A DNA stretch of 64,000 nucleotides, taken from the NCBI GenBank assembly GCA_951406725.2, contig OX597839.1, positions 24,366,001 to 24,430,000 of the forward strand, in the 5' to 3' direction. Below, piece after piece: positions 37,832-50,510 of this stretch. Under the pieces are notes generated by a model. The model ran no database searches. It had not been told where the DNA came from and saw nothing but the letters and a program-made list of their open reading frames with translations. A program made the position numbers and the translations under genes. This DNA comes from Octopus vulgaris (taxonomy: Eukaryota). How positions within the stretch are numbered: position 1 is the stretch's first letter; each line of letters begins with the position of its first letter.

Positions 37832-38212
37832 CTTCAATAACTCGACCTTTATTCTCTAGAAAAACGCCGACGCCATGGTGATCTCATTCTTGCTCACAAC
37901 ATCATAAGCGGAAAGTGTAACCTCTCGAAAGAGCTGTTCTTCACTCCTGCTCCAGAGCGTCGGCTGCGGGGTCACTCTATCTGCGACGATTTCATCTCAA
38001 TCGAAGGAGAGGGGCTTTCTCTGTCCGGGTTGCGGATCCGTGGAATAAGCTGCCGGACAAGATGGTGAAGATGCCGACAACTGCTTGGTTCAAAGTCTCC
38101 CTTGACCACAAGTGGCCTGAACTCTTTACATGAACACCACCCTGTACATAACTCCATGTCCCCCTACATGGCCTTGCTTTTTGCTTTTTGAGCCAAAAAT
38201 TAACTAACTAAC
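37832..38212 (+). mobile_element. 5'-truncated CR1-clade LINE 3' end with (AACT)n tail
   Basis: LDLYSLEKRRRHGDLILAHNIISGK...RLRGH / RRGAFSVRVADPWNKLP...FKVSLDHKWPELFT, stop at 38131-38133; frameshifting deletion. Confidence 0.85.
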
Positions 38213-38324
38213 AACTGAAAGATAAGAGTGTGTGTGTATGTGTGCGCCCAAAGAATTTCTAATAAGGGACATGCTTGACTTTCCTAGATGTACAATCTTG
38301 TAACTCCTATTAGCAAATGAAGCC

Positions 38325-38612
38325 GCATGGCTCAGTGGTTAGAGTGTCAGGATCACAATCACGAGGTAGTGAGTTCAATTCCCAGACCGGGCTGTGTGTT
38401 GTGTTCTTGAGCAAGATGACTTTATTTCACGTTGTTCCAGTTCACTCAGCTGTAGAAATGAGTTGTGATGTCACTGGTGCCAAAGCTGTATCATGGCCTT
38501 TGCCTTTCCCTTGGATAACATTAGTGGTATGAAGAGGTGGGAGGCTGGTATGCATGGGCGACTGCTGGTCTTCTATAAACAACCCTGTCCAGACTTGTGC
38601 CTCAGAGGGGAA
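38325..38612 (+). mobile_element. CORE-type SINE, 3'-incomplete
   Basis: tggctcagtggttagag box A, gagttcaattcc box B, CORE-like block. Confidence 0.85.
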
Positions 38613-38847
38613 CCTGGCAGTGCTTAACTAGCACTTAATTTATCGACCCTGAAAGGAGGAAAGGCAAAGTTGACCTCAGCAGAATTTGAACTCAGAACGT
38701 ATCAACATACTAACGATTCTGCCAGCTCGTTACCTTATATGGGGAATTAATAATACCAAACATTTTTTGCCAATCTCTTTGATATGTAATTACTCTTGCA
38801 AACCATGTTTTCCAGTATTTTTCAACTCCAATGTGCACCTCACATAA

Positions 38848-39034
38848 ATCATCATCATCGTTTAACGTCCGTTCTCCATGCTAGCATGGGTTGGACGGTT
38901 CGACCGGGGATCTGGGAAGCCAGAAGGCTGCACCAGGCTCCAATCTGATCTGGCAATGTTTCTACAGCTGGATGCCCTTCCTAACGCCAACCACTCCGTG
39001 AGTGTAGTGGGTGCTTTTTACGTGCCACCCGCAC
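38848..39034 (-). mobile_element. SINE family D, short copy
   Basis: Same structure and same 5' endpoint as 419-584. Confidence 0.85.
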
Positions 39035-41568
39035 GTAATAATAATTCTTTCTACTAGGGGTACAAGGTCTGAAAGTTTAGAGGAGGGTGCTAGTTGATTA
39101 CATCAACCCCAGTGTTTTACTGGTACTTATTTTATCAGCCTCAAAAGGATATAAACTACAAATGGATTTAGAATACTGGAATGAGCAAAATGCGCTTCAG
39201 GAGGACACAGCTCAGTTTTAATGGTATCTACATAACACACACACACAAAGAAGCAAGAATAGTTAAATCCAAACAAATATTTTTTTGAGCACTCTATAGT
39301 AACAGCACTTGGCTAACTGGATCGACGAGTGATAACCATCACGAACCATGAAGTCCTTGCAATTATATTTATACTCCTGCTTGATTAGTAAAGCGAAAGT
39401 TCGTTTTTGAAGATTTCAGAGTAGAGCATAAAGCAAAAAGAAAGAAGGATAGAAAATTATATATTTTTTTAATTTACAACTTATAATCCATAATTTGCTC
39501 ACGCACATTTCAGATAAGCCAATGTTATGTAATATAATGAAGTGTTAATTCAGCACGTAAATCGATCCATATTTAATCAACTATAATATTATATAGATCT
39601 CGAAAATCAATGCTGGTTACATCCTCCTCAGAGCAACCATACTACAAACACTATCCCATACATATGCATACGCGTGTGTGCATGTCTGTGTGCGCGTGAG
39701 ACATTCTATTAAGGACACAGAAGAAGATAAGAACTGACTAATAAAAGACAAATCAGATTGAACACATTCACACACGCCCATAATTTGACTATTTGGAAGA
39801 AAATATAAACAGAAAAATATCTAACTGCCACCGAGCGCAAAATCACATCAGCCATATTGCACTCAGCTGGTGGTGGGATCAACCGAAAATCAAATTTACT
39901 TTTGTTGCGTGTATGTAATTATATATATATTCCATCGCATACAGTCATATACACACTTACACACACATTCATATTATAGACACAAACACATACACGCACA
40001 GGCGTTCATATACATCCCCCGTTAAACAGAGAGAACATTTTGAAAATGCAATTTGCTTGTCGTTTATAATATTTTCACAGAGATTAGGTTAATGGAGAAC
40101 ACAATCAGAACTTTATAAAATAAAAATGAGCGAAACATTGGAACAAGGTGACATGTTCTAGAAAGGGAGGAGGGGGGGGACACAGTGGAATTTAATAACA
40201 TGATGATGATGATGATGATAAGAATACACTGTGTGTTTTATATATCAATGTCAACAACTGAATATTAACTTATTTTCTCTCGTTATTTCTTGGGAAAGAG
40301 ACAGATGTTAGCATTGGTGAGGGGGGGGAGTGAAAATGCTGAGAGAGAAGGGGAGGAGATGGGGAAATAGAAGGAGAGATATAAGGAGAGAAGGAGTGAG
40401 AGTGGTAAAGAGAGGATGGAGAAGTAGTGAAAAAAAGAGAAGCAGAAAGAGGAAGAGGAGGACAAGCAAGAAGTGTGAGAGAGGTAAACAGACTTCATTA
40501 TGCAATCTGCTCCTCCTGTTTGAGGGAGTTATGGCTGCTGTTTCTAGCAGGCCAACAAGGTTTATTTGCAGACAGAGAGAGAATGGGAGATGGGGGGGGG
40601 ATGGCAACAAGGGAAAAAGTGAATGAAACCAGAAAGAAACAAAGGGAGGGATTTATGGGGGGGGGGGGGGATGGTTGCAGGGAAGGATAGGAGTAGGGGA
40701 TACATCAGTGGGAGGGGGGAAAGGCAGGGTTGCTGGTGGGGCTATAGAAAGCTTGTAAAGAGACAGGGGAGGAGGAGGAAGGTAGAGCAAAAGGGTGGTG
40801 GTGGAACTGGACTCTACAGGACAGACTCGTACAGGGAACAGGGAAACAAGGGGACAACAGGGGGACAGACAGACTGACGTGCGGGAGGGGAGGACATAGC
40901 GGTGGTGGGGACTGAGAGGAAATCAGTTTCATGGAACCAATAATTGACCCCATGGTCTTCAACGCTTTGAACAATTCTGAATCCCATTTTGATGGACATG
41001 CTGTTATTAAGAGACTGATCCACTAATAAGGGAACTAAAAGGGTCCTGCTGTCACATACAGACCTTGTCACCAGATAACATTACATTATTGGGGTTTGAA
41101 CCATTTCAAAACAATGTCTGAAATATTGATGGTGGGTCTTTTGTTCTACGGACATTCAAATATTTTATTAGAAGCTTGCTTCTCAACCGTGTGGACGTGG
41201 GTTCAGCTCTATGGTGGGGCACCTAGGGCAAGTGTCTTCAGGATGGCCAAAGTCAGGGAAGTGCATTTAAAAGACAGAAATTGAAAGAAGCCCGTGATGC
41301 GTGTGTGTGTTTGTTTCTGAGCACCACTTGAAAGCCAGAGTTGGTTTGTTTACTCCAGTTTAGTAAAACAGATCAATAAAGTACCAGAATCTAAAAAAAC
41401 AAATACTGGGGTTGACTTGTTTGGCTAAATCCTTCAAGGTAGTGCCCCAGCATGGCCACAGCCCAAAGACTGAACATGTAAAAGCGAAGATAAAGTCAAA
41501 GGAAGTGAGGTGAAGACCAAAAGAGAGATCAACTCCTAAATATATCTTTTAATAAGTGGCATTAAATA

Positions 41569-41901
41569 AGGGTAAAGACCCCCTTCGGTCATGAATGACC
41601 ATGGGATTGCACCTAGAAAGTTACCCTCCTAGACACAAGTCCAGGCAAGGTTGTTTATGGAAGGCCAGCAGTCGCCCATGCATACCAGCCTCCCCTCTCC
41701 ACGCCACCAGTGTTATCCAAGGGAAAGACAAAGGCCATGATACAGCTTGGCACCAGTGACGTCGCAACTCATTTCTACAGCTGAGGGAACTGGGGCAACG
41801 TGAAATAAAGTGCCTTGCTCGAGAACACAACACGCAGCCCGGTCCGGCATTCGAGCTCACAACCTCACGATCGTAAGCTCGACACTCTAACCACTGAGCC
41901 A
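41569..41901 (-). mobile_element. CORE-type SINE, near full-length, 11-bp TSD
   Basis: ggcattaaata at 41558-41568 and 41902-41912. Confidence 0.9.
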
Positions 41902-42059
41902 GGCATTAAATAGTAGAGAAATAAAATCTGTAATTGACATATTTTAATCTTTTAGTAGATTACTCGGTGAAATGTAATGCTTATTAATTCACATTGTTTT
42001 GTATTAATCATGGATTATCTCGTAGCTTTGAGATTTCAATGATGTAATGATGGCGCAAT

Positions 42060-42441
42060 AAACACCATTCATGCATGGGTTGTTGCCAGTGCCGCCTGAC
42101 TGGCTCCCCGTACTGGTGACACATAAAAAGCACCATCCAGACGTGGTCAATGCCAGCTCTCCTTCCCCACCCCCCGACTGGCTCCTGTGCTGTTAGCACA
42201 TAAAAGACACCATCTGAACGTGGCCGATACCAGTGCCGCCTGACTGGCTCCCATGCTGATGGAACATAAAAGGCACGCACTACACTCTCGGAGTGGTTGG
42301 TGATAGGAAAGGCATCCAGCTGTAGAAACATTGCCAGATCAGATTGGTGCCTGGTGTGACCTACTGGCTTTCCAGTCTCCAGTCAAACCGTCCAACCCAT
42401 GCCAGCATGGAAAACGGACATTAAACGATAATGATGATGAT
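42060..42441 (+). mobile_element. SINE family D with 3 modules, nested in a MITE F remnant
   Basis: Three gccag...actggctcc...ataaaa modules, RTE-like motif, (GAT)n tail; MITE F sequence on both sides. Confidence 0.8.
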
Positions 42442-42564
42442 GTCACCACTTATTTTTAGAATGACATTGTACGGTAGGTGTGAGAAGCCAGACCTGGCCA
42501 CTCTGAACATAAAACAGGTAGAATATTTAATATCCGTACACATTACTGATGTATATGTCATTAA

Positions 42565-42910
42565 CCCTTTAGCATTCGGATTACTCCGTCAGATTGCAAT
42601 GCTTATCTATCCACATTGTTTTAAATTAATCCTGTATTATCTCATAGCTTTGAGATTTCAAAGATGTGATTATTTTACATTCAGAATGGTATTGTAGGGT
42701 AGGTGTAAGAGGCCAGATTTGGCTGATTTAAACACAAAGCAAGTCAAATATTTAGGCTGGATGTGGCCACCTTAACTCTTTTGTTACTGTATTTCGGTTG
42801 AATGACAATGCTTTTGTTTCAATCCATTTTGAAAACAATAAAGAACCTGATGACATAATTAGGTCATCATGGGGCCCGTGTTTGGCACATGAATTAGCAT
42901 AAAATTTTGA
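42565..42910. mobile_element. piggyBac-like MITE F (from TTAA 42561) abutted by MITE G starting at TTAA 42772-42775
   Basis: ttaa|ccctttagc start; ttaa|ctcttttgttactgtatttc matches the reverse complement of the MITE G end at 7258. Confidence 0.65.
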
Positions 42911-43442
42911 AGAAAGGTTTTAATTCAAATCACTTTAAAACAAGAAGGTTGTATCCTAGAAATGGGGCCTTACAGGCAATTTGAAGGCAGTTTGGTTGCA
43001 ACTAGTAACCCTTCTCTCCCCCCACATCGCTTACAGGTGATCTGAGGGAACTTTAGCAGCTATTGGTATCCACCAACCACAGCCAGAAAGGTTTTAATTC
43101 AAATCACTTTAAAACAAGAAGGTTGTATCCTAGAACTGGGGCCAGCCTCTCCCCTTACAAGCAATTTGAAGGCAGTTTGGTTGCAACTAGTAACCCTCCC
43201 CCACATCGCTTACAGGTGATCTGAGGGAACTTTAGCAGCTATTGGTATCCACCAACCACAACCAGAAAGGTTTTAATTCAAATCACTTTAAAACAAGAAG
43301 GTTGTATCCTAGAACTGGAGCCAGTCTCTCCCCTTACAAGCAATTTGAAGGCAGTTTGGCTGCAACTAGTAACCCTCCCCCACATCGCTTACAGGTGATC
43401 TGAGGGAACTTTAGCAGCTATTGGTATCCACCAACCACAGCC
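42911..43442. repeat. 3 x ~175-179-bp tandem repeat
   Basis: Units start agaaaggttttaattcaaatcac at 42911, 43085 and 43264; near-identical. Confidence 0.95.
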
Positions 43443-43974
43443 ATTATATTATGTAGACAAAGACGGAAAATAAAATTACAAAACCTGAAAATAAGAAAAA
43501 ACTAGTTGAGAAGAGAGACGACAAAGAAACTAGTTTTTAATACCGAGTTCTTCCAAGTCAGCCAGCAGCAAAACACAGAGGTTTATATTTATAGCACTTA
43601 ATGGAATCAAGACTGAGAACAAGAGAAGAATAAGACAGACAAAAAAAATAAGCTAATTAAGAAAATAATTAAATAGGAAAAGCGAGGTGGAATTGGAAAT
43701 TAAAGATGCTGATTACACTCTGTAGAATGTAAATGGTTTCGCTTTTTTTTTTTGGTTCTTAATGAATGTCTAGACTGGAAAATTTGTATTTTATTTCAAT
43801 ATTTATTCAAATTATTTCTAAAAATTAAAAAAAAATATTTATATATTTAAAACGACTGCTTTAAAAAGAAAATCAGAAATAAAATGTTTTGTATGAAACG
43901 GTGGACTTGAAACAATAAACTAAATTAATAAACACTTCCTATAACAATCATTGTTTTTTTTTTCTTTCTTTCTT

Positions 43975-44350
43975 GTAGGTATAGCTGTGTGGTAAGAAGC
44001 TTGCTTCTCTTATGATATGGTTCCGGGTTCAGTCCCTCTGCATGGCATCTTGGGAAAGTGCCTTCTACTATAGCCTTGAGCCAACCAAAGCCTTGTGAGT
44101 GAATTCGGTAGACAGAAACTGAAAGCCCGTTGTGTGTGTGTGTTTCTTTGCCCCCACCACCACCATTTGACAACCAGTGCTGGTGTGTTTAAGCCTGTAA
44201 CTTCGTGGTTCAGCAAAAGAGACTGATAAACTAAGAATCAGGCTTTCAGGGAGGGAAAAAAAGCACGAGGGTCAATTCATTCGACTAAAACTCTTCAGGG
44301 CAGTGCCCCAGTATGACCACAGTCTATTGACTAATACAAGTAAAAGATAA
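43975..44350 (+). mobile_element. SINE family A, diverged
   Basis: Family A motifs. Confidence 0.8.
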
Positions 44351-44934
44351 GAGAATATATCTTTGGCAGGAGGCCATAACTGTAAAAATGGATAACCAAA
44401 GTCTTCAGTAATTGCTGAATGTAGGACATCACTTTTACAACTACCATCATCATCATCTGGTCAGGTGACTTGCCCTGACCAATGCAACTCTTGCATGCCA
44501 GACGTCCTGATTGGACAATGCAGCAGGAATGCCTGGCTTTCGTTTTAGTCACACTGGTCTTTCATTAGTTGAAATATCTCCTCTGGACACCCCAAAACCA
44601 CAAACAATAACAGGAGTTTACTAACTGAAGTGGTTGATCCTTGCCAGTGACAGTTTGTTGTCTGTTCTTCCATTCAGCATCTAAAGATATTTGCCACTGA
44701 TTCAATAAGTTCCATTTACCAAAAAACGTCCACATCCACCATGTTGCGTCCCATGATTTCAACATATTCTGGCTCAGATGGTTACACACTATTTACCCCA
44801 TGGCTGGGACTTTGACAGATGCTACTGCTTCAGGTCAGAGAAGACCTGGGAACAACAATGGTTAAGAGGTGGTTCCACTTTCTTCAAAACCCTTGAACCC
44901 CTGATTAAGGGTCCCACTACCGAACGCAGTTTAA

Positions 44935-45153
44935 CCCTTTAGTATTTAAACCGGCCATATCCGGCCAAAATAGTTAATCTGTTTTATGTTCAAACTGACC
45001 AGATCCAGGCTCTCACACCTACCCTACAATGTTATTCTACATTAAGTAATTACACCATCAAGATCTTGAAGATATGAGATAATGCATGATTAAGTCAAAT
45101 CAATGGGAATCAATAAACATTATGTTTGAGAGAATAATCTGAACACTAAAGGG
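44935..45153. mobile_element. piggyBac-like MITE family F, complete (219 bp)
   Basis: TTAA|CCCTTTAG...CTAAAGGG|TTAA. Confidence 0.9.
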
Positions 45154-45262
45154 TTAAAGGGTTCTAAAGAATATCTTTGGCAGGCCATACAGTAGAAACT
45201 AACCAATAATTCTTGGAGGTTCTTGATTTTAGAATGTCACTCTCATAATCAGAACACTTGAC

Positions 45263-45746
45263 GATTATAACTAAACACTCATATATTACAGTACATTTGT
45301 CCTATATTATTCATTTCAGGCGGCAAGCTGGCAGAAACGTTAGCACACTGGGCAAAATGCGTAGCTGTATTTCGTCTGTCGTTACGTTGTGAGTTCAGAT
45401 TCCGCCGAGGTCGACTTTGCCTTTCATCCTTTCGGGGTCGATAAATAAAGTACCAGTTACACACTGGGGTCGATGTAAACGCCTTAATCCCTTTGTCTGT
45501 CCCCTCTATGTTTAGCCCCTTGTGGGCAATAAAGAAATATATATTATTCATTTCATTATCCAGCTTCTTTTCCTTCACATTTCAGGTATACTAAAGACCC
45601 TTTTTGTTGCTGCTTCAAGCAAAGAGTTGTCTGGCTTATGACAAAGAGGGGCTTCAGTATGCCTGAAATGTGAAGGGCAAGATGATGGGTAATGAAACGA
45701 ATGATGTATGGTGAATGTAATGTAATGTGTGTGTTTAGTTATAATC
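45263..45746. repeat. Imperfect fold-back element (~105-bp arms, 33-nt loop) with the left arm interrupted by SINE B
   Basis: 45263-45318 plus 45556-45607 pairs with 45641-45746. Confidence 0.85.
45319..45539 (+). mobile_element. SINE family B, 16-bp TSD
   Basis: tatattattcatttca at 45303-45318 and 45540-45555. Confidence 0.9.
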
Positions 45747-46328
45747 CTCTGAATATTTTTATTAAGGCATCTTTGGCAGAAAGGCCATACAATAGAAAAA
45801 AAAAAGATTAATTAATAGTAGTTCTTAAGGAGGTGCTTAAGTTTACAACACCACTTTTATTTCTGTCATAACTATAGAATAACAAAAGTAAAAATGATGT
45901 TCTGATCTCAAAGGTCACCCATTCTTGGCCTTAGTTCAAGATCCCCTGCCCCACCCACCACTCGTAGGAGTTAGCGGCAGTCTAATTTGATTTAATACAG
46001 CAAGCTGCTAACGGACTTCCATGTGTTGAACAAGAAAACTTTGTCTAATGAAGACGATAGCCGTATGAAGGGGATGAGGGGGAAACAGTTAAGTCAAGGC
46101 CTGAAATTGGCCCCAAGACATACAGGGGGAGAGAACTCTAAATCTTAAAAAAAAAGCAAATTGATAGGGGTTATGAGAGACTACTAAAATAATTAAAAGT
46201 TAACGGGGGGGGGGGGGGCAATTAATCTAATTTCAAGCAGCAACCATGTGAATGCACACAGGAAGTAAAAGCAGCAGGCATTTTTGGTCCAACTGTAATA
46301 TAAGAGTTTGTGTATACATACACACACA

Positions 46329-46371
<43 letters not shown>

Positions 46372-46373
<2 letters not shown>

Positions 46374-46456
46374 GGAGGAAGCACATAAATGTGAAACAAG
46401 GTGGAAAAATAGTACTCAAATACTGGAGGTACAGTAATATGCTTTACTAATAAAGC
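46372..46456. mobile_element. Short insert in (TA)n, homologous to 32506-32616
   Basis: aagcacataaatgtgaaacaaggtg...tactggaggta is shared. Confidence 0.55.
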
Positions 46457-46615
46457 ATATATATATATGCATTTATATATATAAAACACACAAGATGCAG
46501 TTCAATTGATTTGTTCCCTACACACATAAGATATTATATATATCTAATATATTTTTCAAGGCAGTGTTCCAGCATGGCTGCTGTCAAATGACTGAAAAAA
46601 GATAAGAGCTTTATA

Positions 46616-46839
46616 CGGGGTTGGCCAAAAGTCAGCTGACAGTAAATCAAAACCATTTAATTCCAAGTTTTATTAACTGAATGAATTTAATAAAAAGCAT
46701 CTTAATATGAAACATCATGAAAACTGTTCAAACTGAAGTCCTTCTTGAGCAACACCATTTTCCTTTTGAGACAGTACAGAATTACAGAGAGTATTTATGG
46801 AATTTTGATTTAATGACGGGTGACTTTTGGCCAACCTTG
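46616..46839. mobile_element. Tc1/mariner-type MITE, TA TSD
   Basis: TA|cggggttggccaaaagtca ... tgacttttggccaaccttg|TA. Confidence 0.85.
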
Positions 46840-46859
46840 TATATATATATATGGGCAAT

Positions 46860-47415
46860 AAAGTGTGCTTGAGAAGACCTGTTGAGTTTAGTGAAATCAT
46901 TGTCATGGCCAATGCCAGTACTGCCTGACTGGCACCCATGCTGGTGGTATGTAAAAAACACGATTTGAGCGTGGTCAATGCCAGTCCTACCAGACTGGCT
47001 TCCATGCCAGCAGCACATAAAATTTACCATACCAACATGGTTGTTGCCAGTGCCAGTGGAACATAAAAAGCACCATTTGAGCAGGATTGATGCCAGTCCA
47101 ACCAGACTGGCTCCCTGGCAGGTGGCACATAAAATGCACCAAACAAACATGGTCATTGCCAGTGCAACCTGACTAGCTCCCATGCTAGTGGCATGTAAAA
47201 AGCACCATTCAAGCATGGTCGTTGCCAGTGCCACCCGACTGGCCTTCATGCCAGTGGCACGTAAAAAGCACCCACTACACTCCCGGAGTGGTAGGCATTA
47301 GGAAGGGCATCCAGCCGTAGAAACCTTGCCAGATCAGATTGGATCCCAGTGCAGCCTTCTGGCTTACCAGTCCTCAGTCAAACCGTCCAACCCATGCCAG
47401 CATGGGAAGCAGATG
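46860..47415 (+). mobile_element. SINE family D with 6 modules (array 46905-47271)
   Basis: Six gccagt...taaaa.gcac units, then the RTE-like motif; tail lost at the Helitron junction. Confidence 0.8.
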
Positions 47416-47781
47416 TTATATAAACGGCAGTTTGTCTGTCTGCGTGTCTGTGTGTCTGCCAGGTTGTACCCTCACCCTGACCACGGCTTTCAACCGATTC
47501 TGATGAAATTTGACACACACATAGCCCAATGTCATAATTCAAAACTAACGCAGCGAAAATTTTGAAAAGTTCCCCCAGTTCTGAAAAAAAATCGATAAAT
47601 TCGACATGGGGTCGAGAATCAGAAACACAAACCACAGACTGTCTAAGGGACGCAACTCGACCTTTTTAACTAAAAAAAAAATTTACCATAATTTTTTTCC
47701 CATTTTTTGGCTATAACTCTCTAAAAATGCTTTATAGTTATTTCCCTTACAAACCCGAGCAACGCCGGGCGATACTGCTAG
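47416..47781 (+). mobile_element. Non-autonomous Helitron, second subtype
   Basis: tatataaacggcag (GTCT)n start, 3' hairpin cccgagcaacgccggg and CTAG|T; last ~70 bp shared with the 16147 copy. Confidence 0.8.
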
Positions 47782-47869
47782 TATATATATATATATGTAG
47801 GTATGTATGTAACAGTGCTAAGTAGTGATGTGTATATATATACAAATTTGTTACCAGTTCAAATATACT

Positions 47870-48172
<303 letters not shown>

Positions 48173-49261
48173 CCAAGTTTGTCTTTGATAACAGAGAAAC
48201 CAGGCAAGACTAAACTTGTGAAGATTTCCAATTACCTCCTTCTTGCCAAATGGACTGATAACACAAAAAGGGTAAAACAAACAAAACAAAACAAAACAAA
48301 ACCAACGTGGAAACATTATTACATCATGAGACGAGATTGTGGGAGCAAGGTGCTTTCCTGCAGGAATCCTTACTGTGTCTTTGGTGAGTCAAGATACCAA
48401 CGGGGGGGGGGGTGGGGGGGTGAATGGATTCTTTATTTTATTTACAATAAATCAGGGAAATTAAACGGAAATATTGCATCAGATGATCTCACCTCTTGTT
48501 ACCCAAAATGTGGAAATGCATCGTAAATCCATGTTTTTAACAGGAAAGCTACAAAACGGGGAAAAAAAATGAAAATTGTTTCCATAAATTTTCTTTTTCC
48601 GAAAAACTCATCTATTTATCATTGTGTCGGAAAATTTCCCATCTTTCCATTCCACAGTTCTGTTCGCTTATCGTGTTCTGAAGCCATTGAACTGAAATAT
48701 TGAATCCTTCCCTCCCTGACAGATCAACTGATAAACAGATTCTCATATAAATAATACTTACTTACATAAGATCCACCAACTCTACACAAGCATCAGTCAC
48801 CACCACCACCACCCACAGCGCCAATGCAGACTCCATTGCTGTTCCAGTTAGTGAGCAAGCCTCTACAGACAAGCATTCGACAAGCTGGAAATAACAGCAA
48901 CATCTCTTTCAAATTACATACAACCATCTTAATAAAACTGCATTAGGCATGTTCTTAATAAACAAAATGACAGGATGGACATGGCTGGAACGTCTTTGAC
49001 CACAGCTGTACAACATCAAGGCTGGTCGAGTACTGAAGAAAACAACATACTTTATACCTTGCATGCCAATTAGAAAAAAAAAATCATTTTTTTAGCTAAC
49101 ACTGTTTATAGACGAAAGTGTCATCCGTCATATGACAGGAAATACAATAATCCCTCAACTATTGTGGGTGTTACATTCCAAAACCTCCAACAGAAATAAT
49201 TAAAATCTAAAAAAAAAAATTAATTATACCATATGTTACATAAATACCTATCGGCTGCAGA

Positions 49262-49510
49262 AACCTTGGTAGACGGAAACTGAAAGAAGCCCGTCGTATA
49301 TATGTATATATATATGCATGTGTGTGTTTGTGTGTCTGTGCTTGACAACAGATGCTGGTACGTTTACGTCACCGTAACTTAGCGGTTCGGCAAAAGAGAC
49401 CAATAGAATAAGTACAAGGCTTACAAAGAATAAGTATGGGGGTCGATTTGCTCGACTAAAGGCGGTGCTCCAGCATGGCCACAGTCAAATGACTGAAACA
49501 AGTAAAAGAG
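49262..49510 (+). mobile_element. 5'-truncated SINE family A
   Basis: Starts at ttggtagacggaaactg, complete tail. Confidence 0.85.
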
Positions 49511-50510
49511 TATATATTAGCCAGAAAATTCTGTGATGTACTGAGGACGCAATAGGTGAACCGCAATATGGCAAGAGGTTATGTATCATGAAGAGATTTT
49601 ACCACTCTGGCTAATATCAGGTAACATTAGATAAGTTCAATAATTATTCTCTTACATTCTTTCTTCTCCAAATTCCATGGTGCTTATATATACAGAAAAA
49701 TGTAACAGCATCATCATCGCCATTGTTTTAAGCTACTTGTCCATGTTTGCATGGGTCAGACTGAATTCAATGAGACAGATTTTCTGGTCGGGTGCCCTTC
49801 CTGTCAACAATCCTCACCCGTTTCCAAGTAAGGCATTATTGCCCCGACTCCTTCAAACATGAATAACTCAATGGTTGAACATGTTTTCGTGGAAGATTGT
49901 AAACCAGAGTTTTGAAAGACTTTTCAGTCAGACCAGAGTTGGTGCTTATTTCATCAATACTGGCGATGCATTAAGGACAAACAATGACCACAGATGACCC
50001 CAGAATACGACCATCAACATGAACACTCAACCTGCTAGAAATAGTAACTACAATTTCCCTCAAACTACACTCTATTACAGTTTTCAAAACTCTTCACATC
50101 AACGAGAGACACACATTTTTCAAAATATAAAATAAAATTGACACAGTAAGTTATTCTAAGGGACTCAAAATCAAAATTAGTAAACCGTCATCATTTAACG
50201 TCTGTTTTCCATGCTGGCATGGGTTGGACGGTTTGACAGGAGGAAGCAAGATAGAGAGCTGCACCAGGCTCCAAATGTCCGTTTTGTCACGGCTTCTTTA
50301 CAGAGTCTACTGGGTGCTGTTTATGAGATGCCACCACTGGAACTTTTTGTGACACCAACACCAACATGGTTGCCAAGCAACTTACAAGACAAAGACCTCT
50401 GGGCTGGGAGAGGGAGTGGCACTGGTTGAGAGTTTGAAGTATAAATAGAGGGGCCAGAAATCAGGGTCTTACTACAGAGGAAATACTTTACTACCCCAGT
50501 AGGTATAGAG

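Noticed and set aside
38325-38400. tRNA gene
   Set aside because: Box A/B are present but there is no complete cloverleaf, and the sequence continues into the SINE body; the same applies to SINE A and B heads.
40860-41075. Possible coding exon or retroelement fragment (ORFs 40705-40974 and 40814-41071)
   Set aside because: No recognisable motif or convincing splice sites.
46905-47271. CRISPR-like repeat/spacer look of the SINE D array
   Set aside because: Variable parts are homologous between units rather than unique spacers; the array is part of a dispersed retroposon.
47495-47515. CTGATGA-AA as a hammerhead core (also ctgatga at ~25094, ~33469 and ~42847)
   Set aside because: No stem II followed by GAAA; at 47.5 kb it is part of the internal Helitron sequence.
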